The position numbers and the translations under genes are program-made. The notes beneath the pieces are model-generated. The model saw nothing but the letters and a program-made list of their open reading frames with translations. It ran no database searches and was not told the DNA's origin. Positions 48,641 to 60,600 of a DNA stretch of 64,000 bases are shown in pieces. The stretch covers positions 70,680,001-70,744,000 of the forward strand of contig OZ241827.1 of assembly GCA_965202585.1 (NCBI GenBank). The letters run 5' to 3'. Origin of the DNA: Thalia democratica. Taxonomy: Eukaryota. Each line of letters opens with the position of its first letter. The first letter of the stretch is position 1.

Positions 48641-49370
48641 GGAATTCACAAAAAAAAAAACTTACATTGAGTTTATTGCATCAAAAAAATTAAGAAAAAC
48701 AATATTTAGGTTTTGTTATAAGTTTTTTTATGTAATTTTTTTAATTACTTAACTTTAAATAACATTCAATTTTCAAAGTAACATAAACATCAGTTTTTTT
48801 TAAGATTTAATTAGCTCAAAATAAGATTTTTAATTCTACATACACTTTTACTTACATAACTCCTGCTCTGCAAACAAGTAAATAAAAAAAATAATTGTAA
48901 ATATGTATGTTAAACAATGATTGTCTATGTTTATAATTTTTGAAACACCAAGTTTATAGTTTTTTTTATGAATTACTGACTTAATTAATTAATTTTAATT
49001 AAGAAAAGTATATACACATGTAATTAAAATACCATATTCTTGTTAAATAATTAACTTATGTACAAATTTTTTTCTATTTACTTGTATTTTTATCTTTTTT
49101 TCTTTTTTTTTATTCTACCAATGGTTTCGGAAGGAGTTTGTGGGTACAGGTACTAAATGATAGACGTAAATGATTATTGATACATTAAAAGGTAATGTTG
49201 ATATAACAATCTTAAGTATAAAAATGTTGATAGAAACTGATACTAGACAGAAATAGAAAAAAAAAAATCTTAAAATGAAGACAAAATAGAGAGGTAAGGT
49301 AAGAGACCAGATTTAGAAAAATAAAAAAAAAAGCAAGAAAAAAAGAAAAAAAAATTTAAGCAAAAGAAAA

Positions 49371-50009
49371 TGTAACGAACCAATCATTACATTTTATGTT
49401 TCGTTTTATTTCAGAAGAGTTAAAGTTAAAGAATTTCAATGTTTTCAGTGACGTCACAACTAGTATTGAGAAGAGAAAATGAGAAAAAGAAGCGTGAAGT
49501 AAATTTTAGAGAAAGAGTTTAAAACTTAGCTTGCAGACGCGAGTAGGCGGATTAGTGACGGGAGAGACGCGAGTCGGCGTATTACTACCGGGGGAGAGAA
49601 CGCACAAAACGACGTGTTGACTATAGGATTGCGAATCGTATGATGAACAATCGAGAAGGGTTTTATTGATAGAATGTGGATAGAATACTTGATCGTCCAG
49701 TCTACTTTCTGTACATTTCAACAAAATGTTTAGTAGTTAGTATATGTGCCTACTGGGCTCTTATCAGAAGTCATTGGTTTTAATTTCTTTTCTTTCACTT
49801 ATTTCACGATGTGTTTATTAATGTTGTATATAAAATCACGTGCACTAATAACTAGTTTTTATATTATTATTTTCATGGTAAGTACTAGTATATCAAATTA
49901 AGCCTGCGTTCCATCTGAACGTCTGTAATACTTTAAATAACCGTTTCTTGTTATCTTATTTAAGAGCAGCTAAACCAACCTAACAACATCGTAATTGATG
50001 ACGGTTACA
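49371..50009 (+). repeat. 3' LTR
   Basis: See the 5' LTR; followed by TSD TACC at 50010-50013. Confidence 0.95.
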
Positions 50010-53000
50010 TACCAAATATACTTACTATAATGGCTGTTTTTTGATATTGCTTCTAGTTAAAAGCAGACTGGAGACTTTCCCACTTTAATAATTGTTTACT
50101 TTATCTATAAATACGAAAACAAAAGATAAAACTATACATAAAAAAATATTTAAATTTATAAAGATATAATACTTGTAGAAAACTTTTTACTAACTCTAAT
50201 AATAAGTAGATTTTTTCTTTATCTTTGTTTATATGTGACTTATTTGATAATTAACATTTATATTCTATTGTACTTAGCAAATTCAATTTATAATTAAGCT
50301 TTCGTTTACAATTAAGAAATGGTGTGGTGTCTATATTAAAAATTTTTTCTATAGCCTTTTACAAAAATCAGCATCTGGTGCTGTAATGGACTTCTTCTTT
50401 TGAACAAAAATATATAAAATATATTTAAAATGTTTGATAAAAATTGTTCATGTTACTACAACTTTTTTTAATTTAATAAAATTTCTTATAAACAGAGGTA
50501 TAAATGTTTATGAATTAGTCAAGTAACATAAATTTACAAATTCTAAATATATAGAGAGGTGAGTTCGCATTTAAAACCATATTTTAAATTAAAAGTATAC
50601 AATAAACCTAAATTGTGCAATATTAAAAAAAAAAATTAATTTTCGAATATTTTAGAATTCTAAAGTGCGTAACTAAACGAGAGTGCGTAACGTCACGAGT
50701 GCGTAAAGATCCGAGAGGTTACTGTACCTGTTAAGTTTAATAGTTATTTTTTTTAGAAATAGTTTGTAAGTAAAACTAACTTAAAGTTTTAAAAAAAATT
50801 TAACGTTTTTTTTTACTTTTTGTGTTTAATATTCGATTATTGGGTATTTAGCGGTTATTAATGCTTTATTTTATAAAAAGCTGTTCTTCAAAGTTCAAAT
50901 GTTTGTTCTTGTCAAGTTAAGGTAAAAGCATAAAAAGAAAAAAGATTAAAACAAGTAAATTAAAGGAATTAACTTTGTATTATATCTGTATAAAAAAACA
51001 TTTTTAAAACATTTAAAACATATTTTTTATAGAAGCTATGTATGAGATGTGCTTATACTAAATTTTCAATTAATTTAGTACAAAATATAACATTTAAGTG
51101 TTTTAGATTTAGTTATTTATCAGAGTCTTTAGTTTTAATTGCAAAAAGTTAAAGTTAAGTCAAACAGTGTTTAAGTAGATTTATTAACTGTAAAAAACAT
51201 TAAAAGTATGTTTTTGTTATTCAATCAAAAATTATTGTCAAACACATTTTTTTAAGCATGCATTTACTTTTTTGTAAATACTTTTTTTTCTTATCAAATC
51301 AATTCTTAATATTCTTGACTTATTTTTCTAATATAATCTAATAATTATTTTTTTAAGGTGCTGTGTAAAAAAATTTAATGAAAGCTAGTTTTTGAATTTA
51401 GTGTTATCAATAATGATTAGTCACACTTAAAACTTCCTGATTCCAATATTTACTACTTTTTATGTTTGGTTATTTACAAAATACTCAACAGGTCTTACAT
51501 ATTCTTAAGTAATTCAATAACTCCAATATGTCAATTCTAAAAATTTTATTAGCTTTTATACTTTGTTGGATTTTGAGCGAAAAAAGTTAACTTTCCTTGC
51601 CAAGTTATCCTTGCCTTGTATCCTTGCCAAGTTATGCTGTACTTTTTGATTAAAAAAGTTTACACTTTTTTAGAGGCAAAACTAAGATGTTTAAATTAAC
51701 AAATTAGCTTAACACTATTTATTCGCTATATCACTACAGAAGCTTGAAATATCTAAATAAACAAAGCTTTCAACTGCAAATTACAAATAGCTAAGTTTCA
51801 AGTTTCAGTGTTCTAATTGAAATAGTTGTCTGCAGAAACATTAATTATAATAGAAACACTTTGTATTTTTATCTGTTTTAATGGATGAAACTTCTTAAAG
51901 GCTTATGGATATGGTTTCATAGCATATAAACATGTTGTGGATGTAGATTTTATAATTAAAAAAAAAAAAAGAATTAGCACTGGTATAGTTTTGTCTATCA
52001 AAGTAACCTACTATTTATAAAATCAAAAACTGTTATTAGATAAACTGTTTATTCATGTTTGCCACACACTAAGTGACTCAGACTAGTTTAAGTTTTAAGA
52101 AAATCTCACTCTTGCATGTAAGCTTCTTTGAAAAACTCAGACTAACTTAGTTTTCTTTTAAGTATAATAATCAAGCTAGGACAAACGGTTTTTTTCAAAC
52201 TCTTGCTAGAATTTATGACATTATAATCTTTTTTTTTATTCAAAAGTATTTGGTTTTATTTTTTTATTATGATATTTTCAAGTATTTAAACATAATATAC
52301 GTAAATAACAGTTGTTTGTTCAGCTTTTGTCTTTTGTGTTTTAATTTTTCTCATTAAGCTCAAGCTAGTTTGATGTAGTTTAGCTTAGTTTTTGGTCTTT
52401 CATATTGTTATTTTTACTTCAATTAGTGAAAATATTATTTAGTTTTGTATAAATAGATAAATGGTTATGATTGTTGTAATTTGTATTAAAAAAACAAAAT
52501 ATATAAACTTTAAACTTTCTGCATAAAACAAAATTAGTATAAATCAAATGCTCAAAATATTTAGTCCTAGGACCTAGTGCACAAAGAACCTTCTGGTTAT
52601 CAAGTTGCACACCACAGATACCTTTTAACCTCTTGTCCTGGTACTAAAGTTTTTGCACTACAGTTTACAGAAAGAATAAATAAATACTATGGTATTTATT
52701 CATTCTATTTAAACAACAACTTCTATACAAAAGCAAACTACATCTATGTACTATAATTTTATCTTTAAATGATTAAAACATTTAATAATCTAAAAATAAA
52801 TGAATTTAAACAACTATGTTTTCAAAAAAAAATCATGGCATGTCATTTTGGTTTATATCTACAAGGCTAAAATATTGGAATCAAAAACTTTTAAGTGAGG
52901 GAAAATTCTATAGCTCAAACCCAAAGAAATGATTTAGCAACTCCTCAGCTAAAAATAAAACATGTGTGCTACACATTGAGATAGTTTAAAGTTTTCTAAA

Positions 53001-54101
53001 AAGCTGACTCCTGTTCATTAAAAGTTTTTTTACTCAAAACTCAGGCTGAATTGGATTTTTTTCTAAAATCTTTAGACTTGAAAGTTAAATATTTATCTTA
53101 AGCTGAAATTTTATGAATAAACCAGCTATATAATTTTCTTACTGATTTCAATATATTATAGTTTGATTAAGGCCTTAGGGAAGTAAGTAAATTTTTACAA
53201 AACTTCTAAAAATAAATTAATATTAGGTTGTATATGAATTAATATAAGTATAAACTATTAACCAGTTTTTAAAAATATAGAAATTCCATTTAAAAAAAAA
53301 ATTATAATACAAGAATGGAGATCTTTTATTTTTTAATCAGTTTTCCCAGAAAGTAAAACTATAATAAATAAAGTCTATCTTATTTTTGACTTACTAAAGA
53401 CTCAATTTTTCAGGAAAATTTTTTTAAGATTTCAGAAAATGATTTTTTAATTTCTAAGATAGTAAAATTAAAGTTATGTATAAAAAATTAAAACTAAAGT
53501 GATTGTAAGCTATTAGATTGTTTTTAACTATTGTATTACGGAAATTATCTATAGTAATGAACTAACTTTAAGCTTTGAAAAAACTAAAAGTTAAAATTAA
53601 AATAGATTTATAGTAAATTTATGATTTGTACTTTTTACTTGCACCTCATTTTGATAGTCTTATTAAATCACAATTGCCTCAACAACTTTATTACTAGTAC
53701 CACTTTTTAAAATTTTTTTTTCATAAACTCAGACTAATTTAAGTGTTTGATGTAGCTCTGGCTAGTTATTGGTTACAAAGGCTGGTATTTTGCTTTTAAT
53801 AGTTACAGTTTTAATTACACTGAACATCCCAACTAAGTGATTACTGCCACAAAAATTATAAGCTGTGAAATATTAATTTTTGTGTAGAATGTTTTAACAC
53901 TAATCAATTAAAACTAGCTGATTTTTAGGTATGTACAAATAATAAATTAACAATTATAATTAATTTTCAAAGTTACTTGATAATTTTTTCTAGTTAAAGT
54001 AATAATAGTTTGTTGATAGATAAATTGTTTTGGTTTTAAAATAAGATATAAGTTTTTAAAAGTAAACTCATCCAAGTGTCTTTTTAGACATTTTAGCTAA
54101 A

Positions 54102-55829
54102 ATGAACAAGTCAGACAAATCAAAGACCACAAAACTCTTGGAAAGATTCAGAAATGGAAACCCAAGACCACCACAGACTTCACAACAAAAATCTAAAAGA
54201 AATGTATTAAACCAACCATCACAACAAAAATCTAAGAAAGTTCAGCTGAAACCTTCCAGACCACTAAAACCTTCCCTGGGTGAAGAAAAAAAGGACCCAG
54301 TCAAAAAATCACCAGCCAAGCCCTTTGAAAAAATAGACCTGAACCAACGGATGTTTGACTCAAAGGTCAACAGTCTTTTAAATGAGTGTGAGCAAGTCTC
54401 AAGTTCTTTGTCTGACTCACTACGTTCAGCAAAAGTTACACCAGTGAGCTCTTACAACAGTTTTTACAAAGAACCACCAGCACCAGATAGTGTAAAGTTG
54501 GGTGGCAATATGAAAAGCAACGATGACATTTTGTTCCAGTGGAGACTAAAAAGAAAGCTGGAAAATGCTAGAAAATATGTAGATGGAGAAAATGTTTTGG
54601 GTGGTTTTGGTAGGAAGAATGAATCTGCTTATCAAAATAACAAAATTTTTGACAATAATTCAACTAGGTTAAATTTAAATAAGTCAGTGTCTAACCAAGC
54701 AGCCAGCCACCAAGCTACTTATGATAATAAACACACCAGTTCAACTAAAATATATTCCACAACACATACTACCAACCAACAAGAACTTAATACCTGTCCA
54801 ACTAACTCTATTGAAACTCAAACTAACACTTCATTAATTCAACAAGATGCACAACCTCAAGAAGTAGTTTGCTCTCCAATAACCATAAATGATCTGAGAG
54901 ATTCAATTAAAGAAAAAGCAGATTCCTCATCAGAGCTGGAGAAAACTTCTAAAACAACTCAGTCAGTTCAAACTGTATTTGATCAAGAATGTGAAAGAAA
55001 TGAAACCCTTACTTTTTCAGATGAAGAAAAATGTGAAAACAGGCGTAAAACATGTCATCAAAATAAAAATTCAGTAAAAAATGATAGAAATAGTTTTCAA
55101 ATTATCAAGGAGCTTACTAATGAAAATAAAGATGATATGTATAAAACTGAAAGCAACAAAAAGTCTACAAATAAAGAGGTTAAAAAGGTCATCAGCAAAC
55201 GCCTATTTGACATTTCTGAACTTGACTCAATGTCTGACTTATCAAATGATTCAGAAAACTCAGAAGCTGGTTTTAAAGAAGAGCAAAACAAAAAAAGCAA
55301 CAAAAAATTAACCAAAGAGCTTGTGACCAAAAATGTAAGACAAAATCTAGGTACTGGTACAGAGAATCTTACATCTAAAAATAGCAAGCCTGAAAAAACT
55401 CTTTCTAAAAGTACAGAACCTGATATTCCTGGCTGCAGCAAACCTACTAAAACCAATAATTTAAAGTCTAATGTTGAGTCTAATTTTAGTAGCACTCCTA
55501 AGTCAACTCAAAATAAAAAATCAACCAACAGTGTTGCCAAGTCAAGTTCAGGTAACAGTCAGGATGAAAATTTAAAAGATGATTCTAAAACGTTACAACC
55601 TGATAGTCAGAGCAAAAGGTCAACTGAACCAAAACAACCAAACGATACACGTTCAGTTATAAGTGAGAACACTAATGAAGTCTGCATAGAAACAATCATC
55701 AAGTATGCAGAAGAAGGTAGTGACTCAGATGATTTTGACAAAGATGAGGTTCTGGCTTCACTGAGGCTGAAAAGAAAACAGTTGGTTGAAAGATTGAAAC
55801 AAATAAGAGAGCTGAAAGTAAAGGTATAA
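54102..55829 (+). CDS. PROSER3: Proline- and serine-rich protein 3-like, 575 aa, single coding exon
   Basis: Long ORF with coding-like composition; motifs LLERFRNGNP and DDILFQWRLKRKLENA and an acidic plus coiled-coil C-terminus match my recollection of PROSER3 conserved blocks. AAG|GTATAA at the end could alternatively be a splice donor. Confidence 0.6.
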   Translation: MNKSDKSKTTKLLERFRNGNPRPPQTSQQKSKRNVLNQPSQQKSKKVQLKPSRPLKPSLGEEKKDPVKKSPAKPFEKIDLNQRMFDSKVNSLLNECEQVSSSLSDSLRSAKVTPVSSYNSFYKEPPAPDSVKLGGNMKSNDDILFQWRLKRKLENARKYVDGENVLGGFGRKNESAYQNNKIFDNNSTRLNLNKSVSNQAASHQATYDNKHTSSTKIYSTTHTTNQQELNTCPTNSIETQTNTSLIQQDAQPQEVVCSPITINDLRDSIKEKADSSSELEKTSKTTQSVQTVFDQECERNETLTFSDEEKCENRRKTCHQNKNSVKNDRNSFQIIKELTNENKDDMYKTESNKKSTNKEVKKVISKRLFDISELDSMSDLSNDSENSEAGFKEEQNKKSNKKLTKELVTKNVRQNLGTGTENLTSKNSKPEKTLSKSTEPDIPGCSKPTKTNNLKSNVESNFSSTPKSTQNKKSTNSVAKSSSGNSQDENLKDDSKTLQPDSQSKRSTEPKQPNDTRSVISENTNEVCIETIIKYAEEGSDSDDFDKDEVLASLRLKRKQLVERLKQIRELKVKV

Positions 55830-55859
55830 ACTTTTTGGTTATGAGGGTATAGACGAAAT

Positions 55860-56240
55860 GGGAACAGGTCAAATATGCACAAAGACACTTTTGTATGTTG
55901 GGTCACTTTTGCACACATGGTCATTTTTGCAGAGAGTAAAAATATAAAATAGTAAAAAGAATAAGAAAAAAAATGGTTATCAACCAAGTGTAATGGTTAC
56001 AAGTAACAGCAATAGTAAAAATAAAAAACAAATATTAAGTATTAAAAGTTAATAGAAAAATAAAATAATGATAATATACTTTATTTAAAAAAAACAAAGA
56101 AAAATAAGTAAGGGTTAGGGGTAACAGTTATGGTAAACATAAAAAAATTAAGTTAACAAAAAATTTAAATAAATTTTAAAAAAAAATCAACCTGCGCTAA
56201 AATGTAAAAGTGTCATTTCGTGCATATTTGACTCCCACCC
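55860..56240. mobile_element. MULE-like MITE, 381 bp
   Basis: TIRs GGGAACAGGTCAAATATGCAC / GTGCATATTTGACTCCCACCC and a 9-bp TSD with one mismatch (AGACGAAAT / AGACAAAAT). Confidence 0.7.
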
Positions 56241-56813
56241 AGACAAAATTCTAAAACTTGATTAACTACAATAAATTTTTAGAAGTTTTTAAAATCTTAT
56301 ATCTTAATTTGTATAATCAAATCGATTTTTGATAGTACAATATACAAATTAAAATTTTAATGTCAATAAAGGTCAGATGAATAGTTTATAATACTCTTTG
56401 TTATTATGTTTTTACTTTAGACAAAATATTTGTCAAAATGAGTTTTTATATTTGCTTTTGTTTGTTTTTTAATTTAAATTAAGTTAAAACTCAAAAAAAA
56501 AGTTTTAATTTTAGCTAGTCATTACATTAAATTAATTCTGCTGTGTGAATAATTTAAAGTATGTTGTTATGGTTGATAGGTAAAACCATAAATAAATTTT
56601 AAATGAACTTAAAAGTTATTTGAAAACGAATTTTGTTTATTAAGTTAATTTAACATAATGTCAACAACTAGAATATTGATAAAATTTATTTAAATGTTTC
56701 TTATCTGTTTTTGGTTTTTATAACAATACTTTATTTATCTCTTTAAAAACCAATTAATATTTAGCATCAAAGTGGGTAAAACTTTTGAGTATGTTTATAT
56801 AACATTCTACTAA

Positions 56814-56877
56814 GGCTATAGTGGGGTCAAAATAATTTTACCAAAATTTAACATTTAAATTACGAACCCTTATGGCC
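56814..56877. mobile_element. 64-bp miniature derivative of the Kolobok-like element
   Basis: GGCTATAGTGGGG...CCCTTATGGCC, same ends as 61706-62414; flanks CTAA / TTGA resemble a decayed TTAA TSD. Confidence 0.55.
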
Positions 56878-56925
56878 TTGATAATATGTTCTTAATGAAT
56901 TATGTTAAATATTACTACAAACTTA

Positions 56926-56958
56926 AAAAGAGTAAATTTGATTAAAAAATACTCTTTT
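56926..56958. repeat. Short inverted repeat (9-bp arms)
   Basis: AAAAGAGTA-AATTTGATTAAAAAA-TACTCTTTT. Confidence 0.7.
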
Positions 56959-56977
56959 TAATTTTGTACAAGCTACA

Positions 56978-57072
56978 TAAATCGTTTTTCATTTACTTAT
57001 CAGTACAAAATGCTTTAAATTTGATTAAAAAATAAAGCATTTTATACTGATAAGTAAATGAAAAACGATTTA
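56978..57072. repeat. Long inverted repeat (40-bp arms, one mismatch)
   Basis: TAAATCGTTTTTCATTTACTTATCAGTACAAAATGCTTTA, 15-nt loop AATTTGATTAAAAAA, then the reverse complement. Confidence 0.9.
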
Positions 57073-57652
57073 TTTTTAGAACTTAAATTTAAAACTGTTT
57101 ATAACTCAACTATTTCTCTGTTAATTTATTACTATTACAAACCTACTGTTAAAAATGTTATAATCATGAGAGTTTGTACTTAGCTTTTTTTTTGCTGCAA
57201 ATTTGTCTGATTTCTGCTCTTAAACATTGTAGTAATTATGTGTTTTGTTATTGTATTTTAACTTTTAGTTATTTTATTCTTAAAAAAACATTGTTGAATT
57301 TCAGCTAAACCTGCTGTGTAGATTTGTTTGTAGTTGATTAAGGCGTTTTTTTACTATTTTATATCAATTTAGTATACTACAAATGTGCTGCATGAAAATT
57401 CAACTTTTAAATAATTGTTTAGAAATTTTGCTTTGTTTTTAATTGTACAGAACATTTTTGTTCTCTGCTTTTTAATTTTATTTTAATTCTATAATTTTTT
57501 GTAAGTATTACTTCCTTTAATACTAGTTACTCAATTTAATAGAAACAAAATATATATTTCACCTTGTTTAACAATACTTTTTTTTCAAATTATAAATTTC
57601 AGGTTGTTTTTAACAATACTAATGGTTTAACGTAAGTGACTGACAAAACAAA

Positions 57653-60600
57653 ATGATCAAAAGCAACAAAAAGAATGCTTCAAAAAAGTATTTGGAAAAT
57701 GCTCTGGACATCACATTTAGCTTGGTGAACGACAAAGTCATACAAGACAAACCAAGAATCAGTAAAAATATTCGCAAACAGTCACTTAAAAAGGAAACAC
57801 CATTTGTAGTGACTAGTTTCAACAGTAGTAGCGTGATAAACAAAAGTCCTTCAAAGGTTAAAACTCAAAAGAAATCAGTGAAACGACAGACTTCCCTGCC
57901 AAACATAGGAAATAATCAAAAAACCAAGACGAAGCAAAAAACCATTTCTGTATCAGATGCTTACGATAGGAAGCTTGGCAGTGTGAAAATAGGAAATCCA
58001 AGCCAGAAAATTGAAAAATCGACTAACAAAGCCTCACATGAAGACCCTTCTAAAGACAAAAAACCAGAAGAGCATGAAGATAAATCTAAAGTGGAGTGCG
58101 GTTACGCAATTGACAGCAGGCCAGGGTCTTCCAAACTCAATTTGATAGAGGCTTTTCCGTATGAGTCAAAGGATAAGTCAATGTATGCAAGCCCTGTGGT
58201 AAGAGCTAGACCACCAACAGGGGTGAAAAAAATCAAGCCCAAAACTCCAAGGAAAGTTAGAAATGTTGGCAAAAAGAAGCTGAGTTCTGATGAGGAAAAT
58301 TTAAAACTTTGTCAGCTGTTTCCGTTTTTTGATGAAGTGGATGTTTTAGTTGATGACTACAAAAAGTCGGAAGTTGATGATGCAGTTTTTGACGACGAAA
58401 ACTCTGAAAAGATTAGTTGGTCCTACAGCAGTTCCGGAGAAGTCCCTGATAGTGAAGACACAGTAGAAAATGTAGAATCTGCTTTGAAGTCTGCAGATAA
58501 AAATGAAAACAATGTACCTGAAAATGATGAGAAAGAACAACCTGAAAAACAGTCCACATATAAATCAGAGGGAGTACCTAAAGAAAGTAACGATGCAATT
58601 GAGTCTGAGGAATTTGTTTCAGGTCCTGAAGCTAGCCAATTAAGCATTGAAAATAATAAAAGCAGCAAAAAAACTCAACTAAAAAACTTTAGCAAGCCAA
58701 ATAAAGAGAAAAACAGAAATGTAAAAAACCAAAATACTCCTGATAAATTAAGTCAGAAAGTTCCATCAAAAACAAATACAAATGATGATAAAATTGAAAC
58801 ACCTCTAAGAGAAATTCCTCAAAAAACTGCTGAATTAAGTCAAAAAGATGCAAAAATTTCATCGAAACCCATTACAAATGATAATGTTGATGAAATTAAG
58901 AAATCTCCAGGACATGCCAAGGAATCTAATGTCTGGTCGTCTAGTGATGAAGGTTTAATTTTGTTCTCATTAATAAAAGTATGATATGCTTTGTTGGATA
59001 ATAAGTTGACAACTTAAATTTCTTACCTTTTAGACTTAGTTTAAAAGTTTTATTTTAGTGTTGTATTATTTAAGAAAGCTTGTATTTTTGTATTTGCACA
59101 AAAAATATCTGAGTAAAACTTTTTATCACTAAACTAAATTAAAACAAAGTATTTTACACCCAAATTGTTATAAAAATTTTAAAATAAGTTGTAATGTATC
59201 ATTTCTTTATGTTGTACAGACAAAGAAGAAACCACACCTAATGAAGATCTTTCACTTTATTTAAACTTGAAGAAAGGACCATTGATTGGACAAGGAGGCT
59301 TTGGAAAGGTAAATTTTTTAGGAACAACTCAAATTTTTGTATAAAGCTTCAGGTATTTATCAACGCAAAAATTATGATGCCTTTATTAAGATTCAAGTAT
59401 TGTAAAAATATCTTATACATATATTTCATCACTAGAAAGTACATGTTTTTTACTAACAGTGTTATAGAGTGAAACTTAATATGCTCAAGCTGTAATCCAA
59501 CAGTTGCATATATACCCACATACCTCAAAGCAGTATGCATTTAATAAGCGGTAATAAGTAGAAAAAAACTATTCAAGTGTTACTACTTAAAGGTGTGGCA
59601 AGGAATGACAAGTGATGGCAAACTGATTGCAGTGAAAGAAGTAGAACTCACACTAGTTGACAGGAAGAAAGCAATGTACGAATACAAGAGACTGCAGAGG
59701 GAAGTCAACATACTGAAAAACATGAAACACCCTAATGTTGTCAGGTAATTAAATACAATATTTTATAAAATTACTAACAAATAATGAAGTTTTAAGATAA
59801 ATACCTTGTGGGCAAATAAATATCATAATTATTTAAGCCAAAGGGGGTTTAAATAAGTTATTTTAAAATTTCAGTCTTTTTTTTACAAAGAAAACTAACT
59901 GTTATTTGTTTTTTGTTCTTTAGAAATATTCAAAGTAACTTTTCAAAGATAGAGAATTCAGTAGGTTATTATGGTGGGAGGCGTAAGTTAAAAAGGGGAA
60001 GATATACTTTTACACTAAAAATCTATCTCATCCTTCAGTTTTTGAGCAATTTTTATAAACTTTCTCAGTCTAGTCTTTGATAGTTTTTATAAAACTTCTA
60101 AAAAAAAGTTTTTGAATATTATTATTTTTTTTCTCATAAAAAATATTTTTTTTTTAAATCCACTTTGTACAAGTTGTTTGTATTACTAAAAAGAACATTT
60201 CCTGAAAGTTTGAAGTAAACTGCTTTAAAAATGAAAAAGAAGAAAGTTTCATGATTCCAAGAAAATTGGTCTTGAAATTTTTTTGTTTTATGCGGTTGTA
60301 TTGTTTTTTTTTAACTGGATTTTAAACTTTTTTTGTTTTTACCTATAAAAAGTACCTTATATACTCTTAACTTTTAAGTAAGAAATTAAGTCTTAATGTT
60401 ATTGTTTGTAAAAAGAAATTACAGACCACCTATGGACTTAATTGTTTAAATAATAAAGTATGACTTCATTATGTACAATGGTAAACTTTTCATATTTTAA
60501 GCATTAAGAGATAAAGAAATGTTAATATTTTTGCCTAAAACTTCTACATTTTTTACCGTTTAATCTGTAATTACATTACTGGAGTAAAAACTGTGATAGT

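Larger units (their letters stand above)
44398..50009 (+). mobile_element. Non-autonomous LTR retrotransposon (LARD-type, Ty3/Gypsy-like ends), 5612 bp
   Basis: Two 639-bp LTRs bounded by TGTAAC...GTTACA, 4-bp TSD TACC, PBS-like TGGCG at 45037, purine-rich tract before 49371, and no gag-pol ORF in the 4.3-kb interior. Confidence 0.92.
44312..50724. mobile_element. Tc1/mariner (pogo/Tigger-like) MITE of about 0.8 kb, split by the LTR element
   Basis: TA|CAGTAACCTCTCG...TTTACGCAC at the left, GTGCGTAAAGATCCGAGAGGTTACTG|TA at the right (26-bp imperfect TIR, TA TSD), GTGCGTAA subterminal repeats. Confidence 0.7.

Noticed and set aside
48324-48649. 31-bp repeat array as a CRISPR array, and its three overlapping ORFs
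   Set aside because: Units are head to tail with no unique spacers, there are no cas genes and the context is eukaryotic. The ORFs are a by-product of a stop-free repeat strand.
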